Shown here: positions 25,305 to 38,200 of the stretch, piece after piece
How the letters are laid out: every line of letters starts with the position of its first letter
How positions within the stretch are numbered: the stretch's first letter is position 1
Assembly (NCBI GenBank): GCA_016748015.1
Contig: JAAOMT010000523.1
Coordinates: forward strand, 525,757-589,756
Direction of reading: 5' to 3'
Source: Geosiphon pyriformis uo1
Lineage: Eukaryota; Fungi; Glomeromycota
Length of the DNA: 64,000 bases
Made by a program: the position numbers and the translations under genes
The notes under the pieces: model-generated
What the model was told of the DNA's origin: nothing
The model's input: the letters and a program-made list of their open reading frames with translations, nothing else
Database searches by the model: none

Positions 25305-28300
25305 GTGGCAGAATCAGAAATCATAGGAACAAACCATTTAGGATTCACCAAATCCTTATTTCAATAGTACAGTCAACAATTAGGATTGAACAATAATCAT
25401 TTCCCAGTGGAATCAGCCTTCAACTTTTACATCAACAATAAAATCACAGACTGCTTAGAAAGAACAGTTAACATTAAATTCACAAGAAAAAATTTCTATA
25501 CAGAATTATTTCAACATACCAGCTTACCAAGAAACTACAGTTTCACACCAATTATTAAGGAAATCAATCAAACTATTGAAAAGTATACACAACAACAATT
25601 TCCCATCACCTACACAGATAAAGACAAAAGAAGATTGCAAACCCCAGCAGTAACAACAAAACAAATACAATCACCCAATTGGAAGAAAACCAGAGTTGAA
25701 TCACCAACAAATACATTATACTACTATACATCTGGAAGCACCATCAACATCTCATCAACAGGCATGTTCACATTAAATGTGACATTAACCTTTAGACGCT
25801 TCTTATTTCAAAGTAAACAAAAAAAAGTAGAGTTATTGGGACCATATGGTGATTACTTTGAAGAATTTAAATTGTGATCACCAACGCCATCAAGATTCCG
25901 ATCACTACCACCTCAACCAGATTTTGGAAACGTGAGTCCCTAGGAGATAACAGAATCAGAAGAAGAACAAGAAGAATCTGAGGATCAAAAATTTACTTAC
26001 CAGAATCTGATCTCAGGAAACCTGGACATTAAAACCCCAAACTTTCAGACTCAGCAAAATCTAAATTTAGAAAATCTGGAAATTGAAACTCTGAACTTTC
26101 AAACACAGCATGATTAGAATAATCAAAACCCTAACATTAATAATCAATAACACTTATCTCCAGTAATCATGATTAATTCATTCCCAGCTCCACCAATCAG
26201 CGAACAGTAACAACAGCCACCCCAATCACCCCAACAACAACAACAGCAGCTGCTTCAACAGCCACAACCACAACAACTTCAACAACCAAATGTGGATCCA
26301 ATGGTCTATGTTCCAATAGCAAAACTTGAGAAGTTCACTGGCAAAGAAGATAATGTCTAGATCTGGCTCAATGACATTGAAAAAGCCATCACAATCAATG
26401 GATGGAATGATGCAAAAGCACTTCAAGCCATCCCCTATTTTTTACAGAATACTGCCAACTTGTGATATCAAAGTTTAGTTGCCAAACCTCAAACATTCTA
26501 GGAATTTAAAGTTGCATTCCTGGGATATTTCAGTAATAATAACAGTATTAATTACTTAGCCAACACTTTTACCACCATCAAACAAGGAAAAAATGAAGCA
26601 GTCACTACTTACTTAGGATGCTTTCACAGAAATCTGTGCCAAATCCAGACCATACAGACTGACTATTTTACAGCGCCACAAATCTTAAACCAATTTATCA
26701 GAGACCTGTGCAGTAGCATCCTCCAATACATATGTCCAATACATCCAGCAGACCTTCAAGCTGCAGTTACTAATACCAGAGATTTTGAGACAGCTGAACT
26801 CAAAGCTAATCATGCCCAAGCCGTAAATCTAGTGATGAATAGATCATCTGAATTGAATTCCAAATTGAAACAACTCAGTAATTCCATTAACCAGAAACTT
26901 GAAAGGTACTTAGCTAACAATCATGCAATTTATCAGCCATCCCAACAATGCAATAATTTAGAAATCACCAATCGCCCACAAAATCAGTCATGTCTATTAT
27001 CATCGTCCAATCAGCTGTGACAGCAAAAGATGCGTATCTACCACTACTGTGGTAAACAAGGACATTTAAGGATTAATTGTAGATTAAAGATAGATAACCA
27101 ATGATCAGAAAATCAATATCAAAATCCCAATCATCAGTTTTCAACTCTGAATTACCAATTCAATCCAGCACCATATCAACTGACTTATCTGTTAATGACA
27201 CAACAGCCAATATATCAACCACCAGTTTATCAACCACAGCCACCAATAATATATCAACCACTGCAGCCACAAATAATTTATCAGACACCAGCAGTTCAAA
27301 CACCACCATCAAACCCAGCTCAAATGACATCAGAAAACTCTAAATTAAGAGTCACCCAAAACTGGAGATCAATGATAGTTGTTTACCAACCAATTTTCAG
27401 TTCATTTAACCAGCCATCTGGATCACAACAGTGGAGTTCAAGAACTGGGTATACTCAAAACCTGAGTTCCCAAAACTATTTAAGTTTTCTGGTTATCACA
27501 GAAAACACCCTATTCAATAATCCGAAACCCAACCAAAAACAATCACTCACCAACAACATACCTCTAGCCACTATCACTAATAACAAATCATTAGCAGCAA
27601 TCTTTCCATTCAAACTCGAGAAAACCACACCAGTCTCATTATTCAGTAAAGTCATTCTTGATACCAAACCAATCACTGCCATGTATACTGACACAAAAAT
27701 TGATGGCTACACCATCAAACTGATCCTAGATAGTAGATCAGCTGGCAGTATTATCACCAGACAACTCATGGACCAATTAGATTGCCAAGTCGATCAAACT
27801 GCCAGTACATAAATAATTACTGCTGATAGAGCAACCAAAACTCCAATCGACAAGATTGATAACCTCCCTATAGAGGTCAATGACATCATGATATCAATCA
27901 AAGCATTAGTGATGGAGACTACCCAGTATCAATCACTTGTTGATAATGACTGGCTGTCCAAAGCCAATGCAACACTCGATTAGAACACCCAAGAGCTCCA
28001 AATTAGTCAAAATGGCTAACATTTATGTGTACTAGCCATGTGTAACCATTTCAAAACCATCACCATGCCATCAGCCCCACTTATCAAATTTGAAGGAAAA
28101 GAGAAGAAACCTACCTGGGAAGCATACCAAGTTTTCTGGGCTAACACAGAACACAACAAGCTGCTGCCAGTATCTTTGTGGGATGAAAACAGAAAAAAAA
28201 AGCAGAGAAAAAAACTTACCTGGAGAGCAGACCAAGTCTGGGAAACCAACCTTGATTCAAAAGAACTGACAACTTGGGAATGGGATGAGAGAAAAAAAGA

Positions 28301-31300
28301 GAAGAGAAAAGTGAAGAAAGAAGAGCCACTACCAGCTATCATTGACAACACTTACTCATATACACCACCACAATGATCAAGCTATTGTCAACCAAAGCTA
28401 ATATGCATCAATTGTGACAAGGAATTGTCGTCAATGGGTGCATGCTGTGGTAACAATAAAGAATACCAAATGGTGACCAAATTCTATTGTCGCGCATGCA
28501 TCATAGAATGCTTTAGATGACCAAAAAGGCAAGAAAAATGGGACAACAAACTCTGTCTAGCTTGTGTGGAAACCTTACTCGATGAATAAATATGGAACAA
28601 CATTCCTGGTCGAGAAGAAACGTGTGATGCTTCGTGCCAGTACACAATTCTCATCAGTGACTGGGTCAAGAAAAAAACACCAATAGAAGCTGCCTAAAGA
28701 AGAGCCATACAGCAATTAGACAGTTGTTCACATGACAATGATGAGATATAGAAAATAGTAATGGCCAAAATAGAAGGAGCATTATCTAAAGAAATCAGAA
28801 AAATAAAAAACAACCCACCAAAACCCATAGAACTTGACTGGAACCCAGAACCAGTCATAAATCTTCTGAACCCAGAACAATTTCATGAATACTACCAGGA
28901 GTTAGCACTCACTAGAAAAGAGCAGGAGCAATGCTTAGAACAATTGAATACTTGACTATGCCAACACTGCCTAATTTCCTGTGACTTTCAATATTGTAAT
29001 AAGTGTGACCTCATTTACAATTCACCACCACACATGATCTACACAATTTCAGAGGAAGATGAACCAATGAGCAACTGTGCATCAGAATCGGAATTAACTT
29101 TCAATTCTGATTCAAACTCCAACAACAATGATGACAAAAACAACAGTTCCAGCTTTGCTCAATATAGCAATAAAAATAACAATGATTCGGACTCCAATTT
29201 AAACTCCGAAATATACATTGTGCTTCTTAATTTCTCCAAGAAACAGAAACTTAAATAGTTCAGTGATAATGGTAAAGGTATTATGTCAGAACATGCACAT
29301 AATACTGATGCAGGGTTTGATTTGAAATATCCAGAGAAAGATCTCATCAAATTGGAACCACATTTGTGCATTTGCATTAATCTGAAAATAGCACTGGAAA
29401 TTCCAGCAACAACAATAGTTCAACTAGCATCCAGAAGTAGTTTAGCAAAAAAAGAGATAAACATCAGAGGAGGAATAATTAATGCAGAATATGTAGAAAA
29501 TATCATTGCTATGTTACAAAATGATTCAGAAAAAGCATATACTATAGATCCAAACAAAAAGATAGCACAGGCAATATTCCTATCTCTGGTGAAAATAGCT
29601 CAATTAGTGTCAGTGGGAAACAGAAAAGAATTAGGGATTACTGCTAAAGGGATACAGAGATTCAGATCAATGGGTAAAATAGATATACCAGTTAATATGG
29701 CAGAAGAAAAGGTTATTGACAAAGGAGAAATTATTTCAATCTGTCAAACAATTTCTATTCCACCATATGACCAGTATAGGTTAACCATAAAAAGAGAAGT
29801 AAAGAATCAAGCTCAACTGTTTGAAGCAAAAGCTACCATTTGCAAATTAGAAGAGACTGGACTTATTAATCTCTATATATCAGCCAAAAGCCCGAAAAAC
29901 ATCAAAATTCTCATTTACAACACAATAGGAAGTATTATTAAAATACCAAAAGGAACTATTATTGGATATTTAACCACTGAAGTTGAGGATCAACCACTAA
30001 ACCATATTCCGGATTTTCCACAACTTTGTGAATATGTAGACATCATATTACAAACTATATACAGACAAAATGAATGTTATCTGCTCCAACCAGAACAATT
30101 GGAACAGATAAACATAGGAAATCTAGACTCACTTCAACAAATACAACTAAAGATGCTACTCAGCAATTTCAATGACATCTTTGCTAGTGAAAATGAATTT
30201 AGCCACACCAACATCATTCAGCATTAGATTAAGACTGGAAATGCAATGCCAATTAAACAAAAAGCATACAGAATACCACCAGCTAGCTACAAGATTATTC
30301 ATCAAGAAATTAACTGAATGCTTGACAATAGGCTAATTCAACTATCAATGAGCCCATGGTCATCACCAGTAGTACTAGTCCAGAAGAAAAATGTAAAAAT
30401 CCATTTCTGTGTGAATTATTGAAAACTAAATGGAGTGACTAAAAGTGATAGCTATCCAACTCTAAAAATCTAAGAACTATTCAACACTTTTGGAGGAAAT
30501 AAATGGTTCTTGATACTAGATTTAGATAGTGGTTACTGGCAAGTAGCCATGGATTCAGCCAACAAAAAAAAAACAGCATTCACCACAAGAGAAGAAAATT
30601 TTGAGTTTGAAATCATGCCATTTGGCTTGATAAATGCTCTAGCAACATTCCAACAGCTCATGAAAATTGTCTATACTGGATTACTATGGAAATCAGTAGT
30701 TATATACTTGGATGACACCAATGTGTTTTCAAAAACATTTGATGATCATTTGCATTATCTCCAACAAATGTTTGAAGGATTAAGAAGAGCTGGACTAAAA
30801 CTAAATGTGACCAAATGTTTCTTTGGAAAAACTGAACTCAAGTTTTTGGGACATGTGGTGAGCAAAGATAGAATCAAAACAAATCCAGACAAGATTAAAA
30901 TTGTCAAGAACTTTTTAGTATTAAATAATCTTACAGAATTGAGAGCATTTTTGGAATTTGCCAGATACTACTGCTGCTTTATAAAAAACTTTTCCAAAAT
31001 AGCTCAACTACTACACCAACTCCAAACAAAGAATGTAAAGTATAAATGGACAGGAACTCAACAAGAAGCTTTTGACATATTAAGAAGAAAGCTTATTCAA
31101 GCTTCAGTATTATGTATCCAGACCACGGCAAACCATTCATAATTACCACTGATGCATCAAACCAAGCATTGGGAGCAGTACTCTCACAGAAAAGACCCGA
31201 TGGAAGAGAGCATCCAGTAGCTTATGCCAGTAGAAGTTTAAGTCCAGCTGAGAAGAACTATGGAACTCCAGCACTAGAACACTTAGCTATCTATTGGGCT

Positions 31301-31507
31301 GTCATCAAATAAAAGAAATACTTGAGCCAAAAGTTTGAAGTGTATACTGATCACAAAGGATTGATTTCAATTCAGAAATAAGAATTTGTAGACAATTGCC
31401 ATGCCAGATAGAAAATAGAACTTTCACCATTCAATTATACAGTACATTATAAAAAAAGAAAAAACAATAGAAATGCTGATAGATTGTCATGAATAAGACA
31501 AATTTAA
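25305..31507 (+). pseudogene. ORF1 of element B: Gag (CCHC knuckle ~27040), aspartic protease (LILDSRS), Cys-rich domain, dUTPase, RT (YLDD), RNase H
   Basis: ORF fragments at 25386, 26832, 27195, 28038, 28761, 29034, 29283 and 30510 share one frame and are separated by transition-type stops. There is one 1-nt shift near 31112. Confidence 0.9.
29250..29675 (+). pseudogene. dUTPase domain within ORF1 (family B)
   Basis: DAGFDL, ASRSSLA, GGIINAEY (GxIDxxY), KIAQAI, and a decayed motif 5 AKGIQRFRSMG. Confidence 0.9.
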
Positions 31508-31537
31508 AAACATTTCAACCCAAAAATATAACAAAAG

Positions 31538-32920
31538 ATGAACACACAAAAATACCAACAATTTCAGCATTATATAAATACTCAATTGTTCAAAGAGAAA
31601 TTATCTCAAAAAGAACAAAGCAACATAAAACAACAATCAAAATATTTTATCAATCATCAAAATATACTTTACTAGAAAAACAGAAGAAATCCAGATCAAC
31701 TAACTAGAGTAATCACAGAATCAGAGAAAGAAACAATATTATTCAACATGCACTCAGACCCAACAGCAGAACATTTTTATAAAGAAGCAACTATGGAAAG
31801 AACCAGAAAAAGATATTATTGGCCATCAATGTATCCAAACATCATCCAATATGTTCAAAATTGTGATGCTTGTCAGAGAAGAGGAGGAACAAAACCCAGT
31901 AAACCATTAAGACCAATCAAAGTGGGACAACTATTTGATCGAATTGGAATTGATCTAGTCAGACCATTAACAATTATCAGCAGAGACAACAGATATATTG
32001 CAGTAGCCATGGACTATCTTACTAAATAGCCAGAAGCAAAAACCATTCAAAGAGCAGATGCAGAACCTGTTGCTGAATTTGTTCATCAAGATTTGATCTG
32101 TCGACATGGATGTCCAAAAAAACTATTATCAGATCAAAAAACTCACTTTGTAAATAGAACATTGACAAAATTAAGTCAAAGATTTGGGATAAAAAGACTA
32201 TTATTATTACCATACCATCTACAAACAAATGTATTAATTGAAAAATTTAACAGAATATTGTGTGAAGCAATCGCCAAGATCAGTTAAAAAAACCAGGACA
32301 AATGAGATTTGGTTATACTATCAGTATTATTTGCTTATTGGACAATGAAGCAAGACACTATACAAGCAATACTATTTGAATTAATATACAATAAAACAGC
32401 AATATTACCAGTTAAGATAGAAATACAAATATATCTAACAGAACCAATAACAGAAGATAATTTCCAAGAAACATTGTTGAGAAGAACATATGACTTAATA
32501 GAAACACTAGAAAACAGACAATGAAAAGCAGCTGATAACATTTAAAAGTCACAAGAAAAGCAAAAAAAATGACATGATAACCAACTACCAAATAAACCAG
32601 TTGAATTCAAGATTGGAGACAAAGTACTATTATATTGTACCAAAGCAGAAAAACAATGGAGTGAAAAATTTGATCCCAAATGGGATGAACCATTTTACAT
32701 AGAAAAAATTTTTGGAAATAAAACTTATAAATTAAGATGGAACAACAAAATCTTAACCAAAGCAGCACATGATGATTAACTGAAACCATATCACCAGATA
32801 GCATTATCATCTACCAATAACATTTCACAACTGGGAGTACAAAGAATAATAGTTCAACCAGATAAGATTCCACAAGATTTGGAATCAATAATAGTTATTG
32901 AACCAAACATGTCAAATTAA
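31538..32920 (+). pseudogene. ORF2: integrase (HHCC zinc finger, DDE core, GPF/Y-type C-terminus), family B
   Basis: HSDPTAEHF...CDAC, IGIDLV, LSDQKTHF, WDEPF. Has its own ATG after the RNase H stop. Confidence 0.88.
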
Positions 32921-32974
32921 ACAACCAAAAGAGTATATAAAGACACAGTACACATGACAAAATCAACCAAGAAA

Positions 32975-33610
32975 ATGAAAATACCAGATTATATTCACAC
33001 TTTAGCTCAACAATTGTTCCAAGCCTTAAGTAAACAACAGTTAGATATAGAAATTGTTATTAACAACCAAATAATTTGCTATTGAAACATCCAAAAAAAA
33101 ATAAAAAATACACCATACTAGCAACCACCAAAGAACAATAAAAACTGGACAGATAACTTAATAGAAAAAGTAAAGAACACTTTTGAGAAAATACCTGTTA
33201 TGGTATCAACAGAAAAGCTTACAAAAGAAAATTGGAAGCAATGAACAGAACGACTTCCAATATCATATTGCTACTACCAGTTAGGTCAAAAATTAAATAT
33301 TCAGGAGTTGTATATTAACAAATCCAAGAAAATATTTAACCAAAACATAATACAACAAATTAAAAAATTTATTGGAAAAAAACCGAATTCAACACTATAT
33401 GTTAGAACAATATACTGACTATACAACATATTTCAAGACTATTCAGAAATACTGTTACACTCTGACATGGAAACCATAATCATTAATCAATAAGGAAGAA
33501 TGAACAATACACAAGTAGAAGACATAAAAAACAGAGTCAAACAAACAATACTTGAAAAAGAAGTATTAGAATTAATTCAAAACGAAAATTTTGATGGAGC
33601 TCAATATTAA
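32975..33610 (+). pseudogene. ORF3: conserved accessory protein of unknown function (~210 aa), family B
   Basis: LAQQLF...IEIVINNQIICY...YCYYQLGQKL...RTIY*LYNIFQ...TIIINQ*GRM; homologs in families A and C. Confidence 0.75.
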
Positions 33611-35262
33611 AAAAAAGAAAATAATATTATTCATAGAAAAAAGAAAACAGATATAGAAAAATAGTAAACCAATAGAAGAGTAGTAGTTAGCACATGAGCA
33701 CATTGCTTAGCAATATAAAGCAATGTTAGAAATCACAGCACATTGCTCAGCAATATAGAGCAATGTTAAGAAAATATGACATATTGCTTAGCAATATGAG
33801 CATTGCTTAAGAAATTATAGCACATTGCTCAAGAATGTGAACAATCTTGTAGAACCCAAATTATGTATATATAGCAATAGCATTAGAAGTAAAAAGAGCA
33901 GAATCCTTCTATTAGAAAACTTTTCAGTTTAGATTTGATCTAAGCAACCTTCCATTCACAAATATTAATAAATAATTATTCACTATCTCAATTCACTCTT
34001 CACTATCAATCTTTCATGTTGATAGTAATTGATACTTAACTATACTGGAACAATAGCTCTTGATTATGACTATTGACGGAATACTAACTTGCAATTGCTT
34101 TTCATTATTTCATTATTTTCTTTTATTTTCTTTTATTTCTTTTGTTATTTCTTTGGGTTTTATTAAATTGATTAAGAATTAAGCACTAAGATACAGACGT
34201 CATAGAGACTGGTAAAAATCTTGTGAAATAAGAGTAGAACACTTATAAATTTGAAGATAGCTTACCAGGAGAATTACTGGCCACTATACTGAGAAAGAAA
34301 TTCGATAGAATTGTGATTCCAAGAGGCTACTGAAAACTACTATTAAATCTCTGTTCATTATACAAAAAACTTCACAACAAAATCTTCAGATAAAACAACA
34401 TCTTCAGATATTACCAACTAATCACCAAGTTATGGATTTGTTATTTGACTTAAGACCCTAAATAATCATCTGTAATACCATCCAATTATACTTGGTGTTC
34501 TTTGTTTGGAGCTGATGTAATAATTGAACTATTTTAGAAAAGTTTTTGATAAAACAGCAGTAGTATTCCACAAATTCCAAGAATGCTCATAATTCAGTCA
34601 AGTTGGTAGATACTGGAAAGTTTTTGATTATCTCAATTTTGTCTGGATCTGTTTTGATTCCATCTTTGCTTACTATATGTCTCAAAAATTTTAATTCTGT
34701 TTTTCTAAAGAAGCATTTGTTGGCATTTAACTTTAGTCTTGCTCTTTTTAGTTTTTCAAATACTTATTGGAGATAATGCAAATGCTCATCAAATATCTTA
34801 AAGAACATATTAATGTCATCCAGATATACAACTACTGATTTCCATAGCAGTCCAGTATAGACAATTTTTATGAGTCATTGAAATGTGGTAGAAGCATTTA
34901 TCAAGCCAAATGGCATAACCTTGAATTTGAAATTCTCTTCTCATATTGTAAAAGCTGTTTTCTCTTTATCTTCTAGTTTTATGGCTACTTGTCAATAATC
35001 ACTGTCTAAGTCTAAAGTCAAAAACAATTTTTTTTCTCCAAAAGCATTGAAAAGTTTTTGGATCTTTGGAGTTGGGTAGCTATCTCCCTTAGTTACTTCA
35101 TTAAGTTTCTGGTAATCCACACAAAAATGGATTTTTCTATTCTTCTTATGAACTAGTACCACTAATAATGACTATAAGCTCATTGATAGTTGAATTAATC
35201 CATTATTCAACATCCAATTGATTTTTTGATAAATAATCTTATGGCTGGCTAGTAGTACTTGG

Positions 35263-38200
35263 TGTTATGGATAAACTTAATAAAGTAGAAAGATGGTAAT
35301 ATTTGGTGCTCTCAATTATTGGTAAGACATGTTTCACATAATTTTGGTAGCTTAATCTTGATTATCAGTCTTTGAAGGTCTTATTTTATTGGTTGTGAAT
35401 TTATCTGTTGAGTTTTTTGGTTATAAGACACAAAGTTTTGGTTCTTGCTAATTGCAACTTCTTATAAAGATGAGCTTTCTTTTCCGAGCTAATAAGTGCA
35501 GTTGTTAGGGTCTAACATTGTTTTTTTGTCTTTTTGGTAAGCTATTAAGATAATGTTAATATCCAAAAACCTAGAAGAAGCTTCTCTCTTTTACTAGGCT
35601 ATCACAAAATCTATTCCTAGACAGTTGATTTTACTATGTTGCTGTTCCACAAGAAAAAAAGAAAAAAAAGAAAAAGAAAATAAAAAAAAAGAAAGAAAAT
35701 AAAAGAAAAAGATAAATTAGTATTGTTAATTGTCATGATCAAGAGCAATTGGTCCAAATTGTTAATAGTTTGAAGCAGTTATGCTAAGAGCATTTGTTCT
35801 AGAACAAAAGTATGAAACAATGATTAATTCACGTAAATTTCACAAAGTTCAAGAACATAAATTTATGATTCAGATTTCTTAATAATTGATTTATTTCAGA
35901 AGATGAATATAAAATATAATAAATAATAAAGGAATATGGATATTTGATTCTTGTTTAGTAATTCATATCTATTTGTCTGTTTTTCTACCTTCTACAACTA
36001 CTTGCTTTTATACATTCTTTTGGTTTTGCAGAATTGTTTCTGATTGTTTTGTTATTGCTAATTATTGCTTTGTTATTTCTGTTATTGTTTTGTTCTTCTA
36101 TGTTATTACTAGTTATTCTACATTATAACATGTTATCTGGTGTTATTATATGTTATTCTGTATTATTCTACATTATAACACATTAATCTGTGCTATCCTA
36201 AGTTATAACATATTATCCAACATTATTGTATGCTATCCTGTGTTATGTTACATTTTGGTTATGTTTTTTTATAATTTTGGATCAATTTCTTTACTTGGAT
36301 AATATTATCCCTCTTTTTTTAGAATTGAGCTCTTGTGAAATTGTATGTATCTGTTTCTATGTCTTTTTTTGTGTAATGTTTGATGGTTGTGTTAAGTATT
36401 GTTTTTTGTAGGTCTTCAAACTGTCAATTGATAATTTGTCTTATGTTTTTAACTGTTATTGTCTTTATAGATCCATACAACAGTACATTTGGACAAAGTT
36501 AGAAAGTAGTATATAATTGGTATGCTGCTTTGTAATGTAGGGTCAGGTTGCTTTTTCTTATGAATTTTTCTACTTGTTGCATTGCTTCTTTGTTGAAAGT
36601 TTTCTGGCTAAAGTTTCATATGGTGTCTTTAAGTTTAATTGTTTACCTATTTTGTAGAACCAATAAGCTGAAAAAAGTCTTTCTTTCCATTCTTTTGTGT
36701 TGTCTGGTGTCTATTCCCCTGTTTCGGGAAGATCAATCTTATAAGCTAAAGCTTCTTTAATTTCTTTGAGTTTGGGAACCAAGTATCTTCTTTTATAAAC
36801 TTTTTCTCATTCCTTCACTCTTTTTTCAAGCCATGCCCAAGACAATTTAATTTCTTTTTGTAAAATTTCTTTCTCAGATGGAGTGTAGAGATGAGAATGA
36901 TTAATTTTAGTTGAACTTATGCCCATCTCTTTCTTGCTTCTATCTTTATAGCATATTTTTTTTCTATTAATTGTTACTTCTATTTGAGGAGAAAATTGTT
37001 GAATTGCATCAAATAGTTGTTTCGAAAGTTGTAAAATTTGATCTGACAAGTTTATGTTGAAAGTTTTATTGTTTTTTGCTGTTTTTCAAATGCTATATAT
37101 ATTTAAATTCCTTAATTTAATTTGCTGTACATTGTCTATGTTTTAATGACAATGATTGGTTTCAGATCTCATAATATATTTTCTGGTCTGATTAATGAAA
37201 TTTGTATTCCTAGCTGAAGTACTGATAATAATAATTTCTGTTTTACATGATAAATTTTTAACCAATTTCTATGCATTACTTTTTTTAAAATTCTGTCTTT
37301 CAATCGTAATTTGTAAGCTCCATTTCCTAAAGCTTCATGTATGTGGAATAGACTATTCCACTTTGGGTCAAACTTTCCACTCCACTGTTTTTCAGCTTTT
37401 GTACAATATAATAGTACTTGGTCTCCAATTTTAAATTCCATTAGTTGTTCTAATAGGCGATTATTATGTTTTTTTTTTTGTCATTCTTGAACATAACTAA
37501 TATTGTCAGCTGCTGTTCTTTGATTGTCTTCCAATATTTCTATTAGCTGATACATTCTTTGGTATAAGATAGCTTCAAAATTTTCTTTGTTGATTGTTTT
37601 TGTTGAGTATAATAGTATTATTTGTTCAATTAGTAACATAGTTTTTCTTTTATAGACTAGTTTAAATGGTGTGAACTAAGTTGTATTTTGTTTCAATGTT
37701 CAGTATACAAAGAGTACAGAAGATATAAATAAGTCTCATTCTTGTTTGTTTTCATGACTTATTTTTGCTAGTGCTTTGCACAGTGTTTAGTTAAATTGTT
37801 CTATTAGTCCATTCATTTGTGGGTGGTATAGTGACGATAAGAATTGCTTTATTTCAAACTGTTGACTTAGTTCAGTTAGTGTATTATTAATGAAATGTGT
37901 TCCTTGATCAGATAATAATTCTTTCAGACATTCATGTTGGCAAATTAGGTCTTAATACACAAATTTGGCTACTGTTTTGGCATCGGCCACTTAGATTGCT
38001 CTGGCTTTTGGCCATTTTGTAAGATAGTTTATGACTACAATAATGTAACAATTTTTTTTGAATGTTATAAAGAGAGAACCAACCAAATCAATCCCAATTC
38101 TATTAAATGGATTTCCAACTGGAATGGGTTAAAGTGGTTTTGTTGTTCTGGCTCCTCTTTTTTGCTGACATAAGTTATAATTGAGCATGTATTCAAAAAT

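Larger units (their letters stand above)
24409..34477 (+). mobile_element. Full-length Ty3/Gypsy-type LTR retrotransposon, family B (LTRs 24409-25242 and 33625-34477)
   Basis: Paired LTRs, PBS, PPT, TSD gcat/ccat, domain order PR-RT-RH-IN. Confidence 0.95.
20992..35262 (-). mobile_element. Family B element (3' LTR 20992-21819, ORF3, IN, RNase H, RT), split by the 24409-34477 insertion and cut at 35263
   Basis: The pol sequence at 24408 resumes at 34478 (KYNW-M-QTQQEAF) with TSD gcat/ccat. Confidence 0.88.

Noticed and set aside
25305-31507. Alternative genetic code or programmed readthrough explaining in-frame stops
   Set aside because: Stops fall at different positions in different copies and match C>T/G>A changes of CAA, CAG, CGA and TGG.
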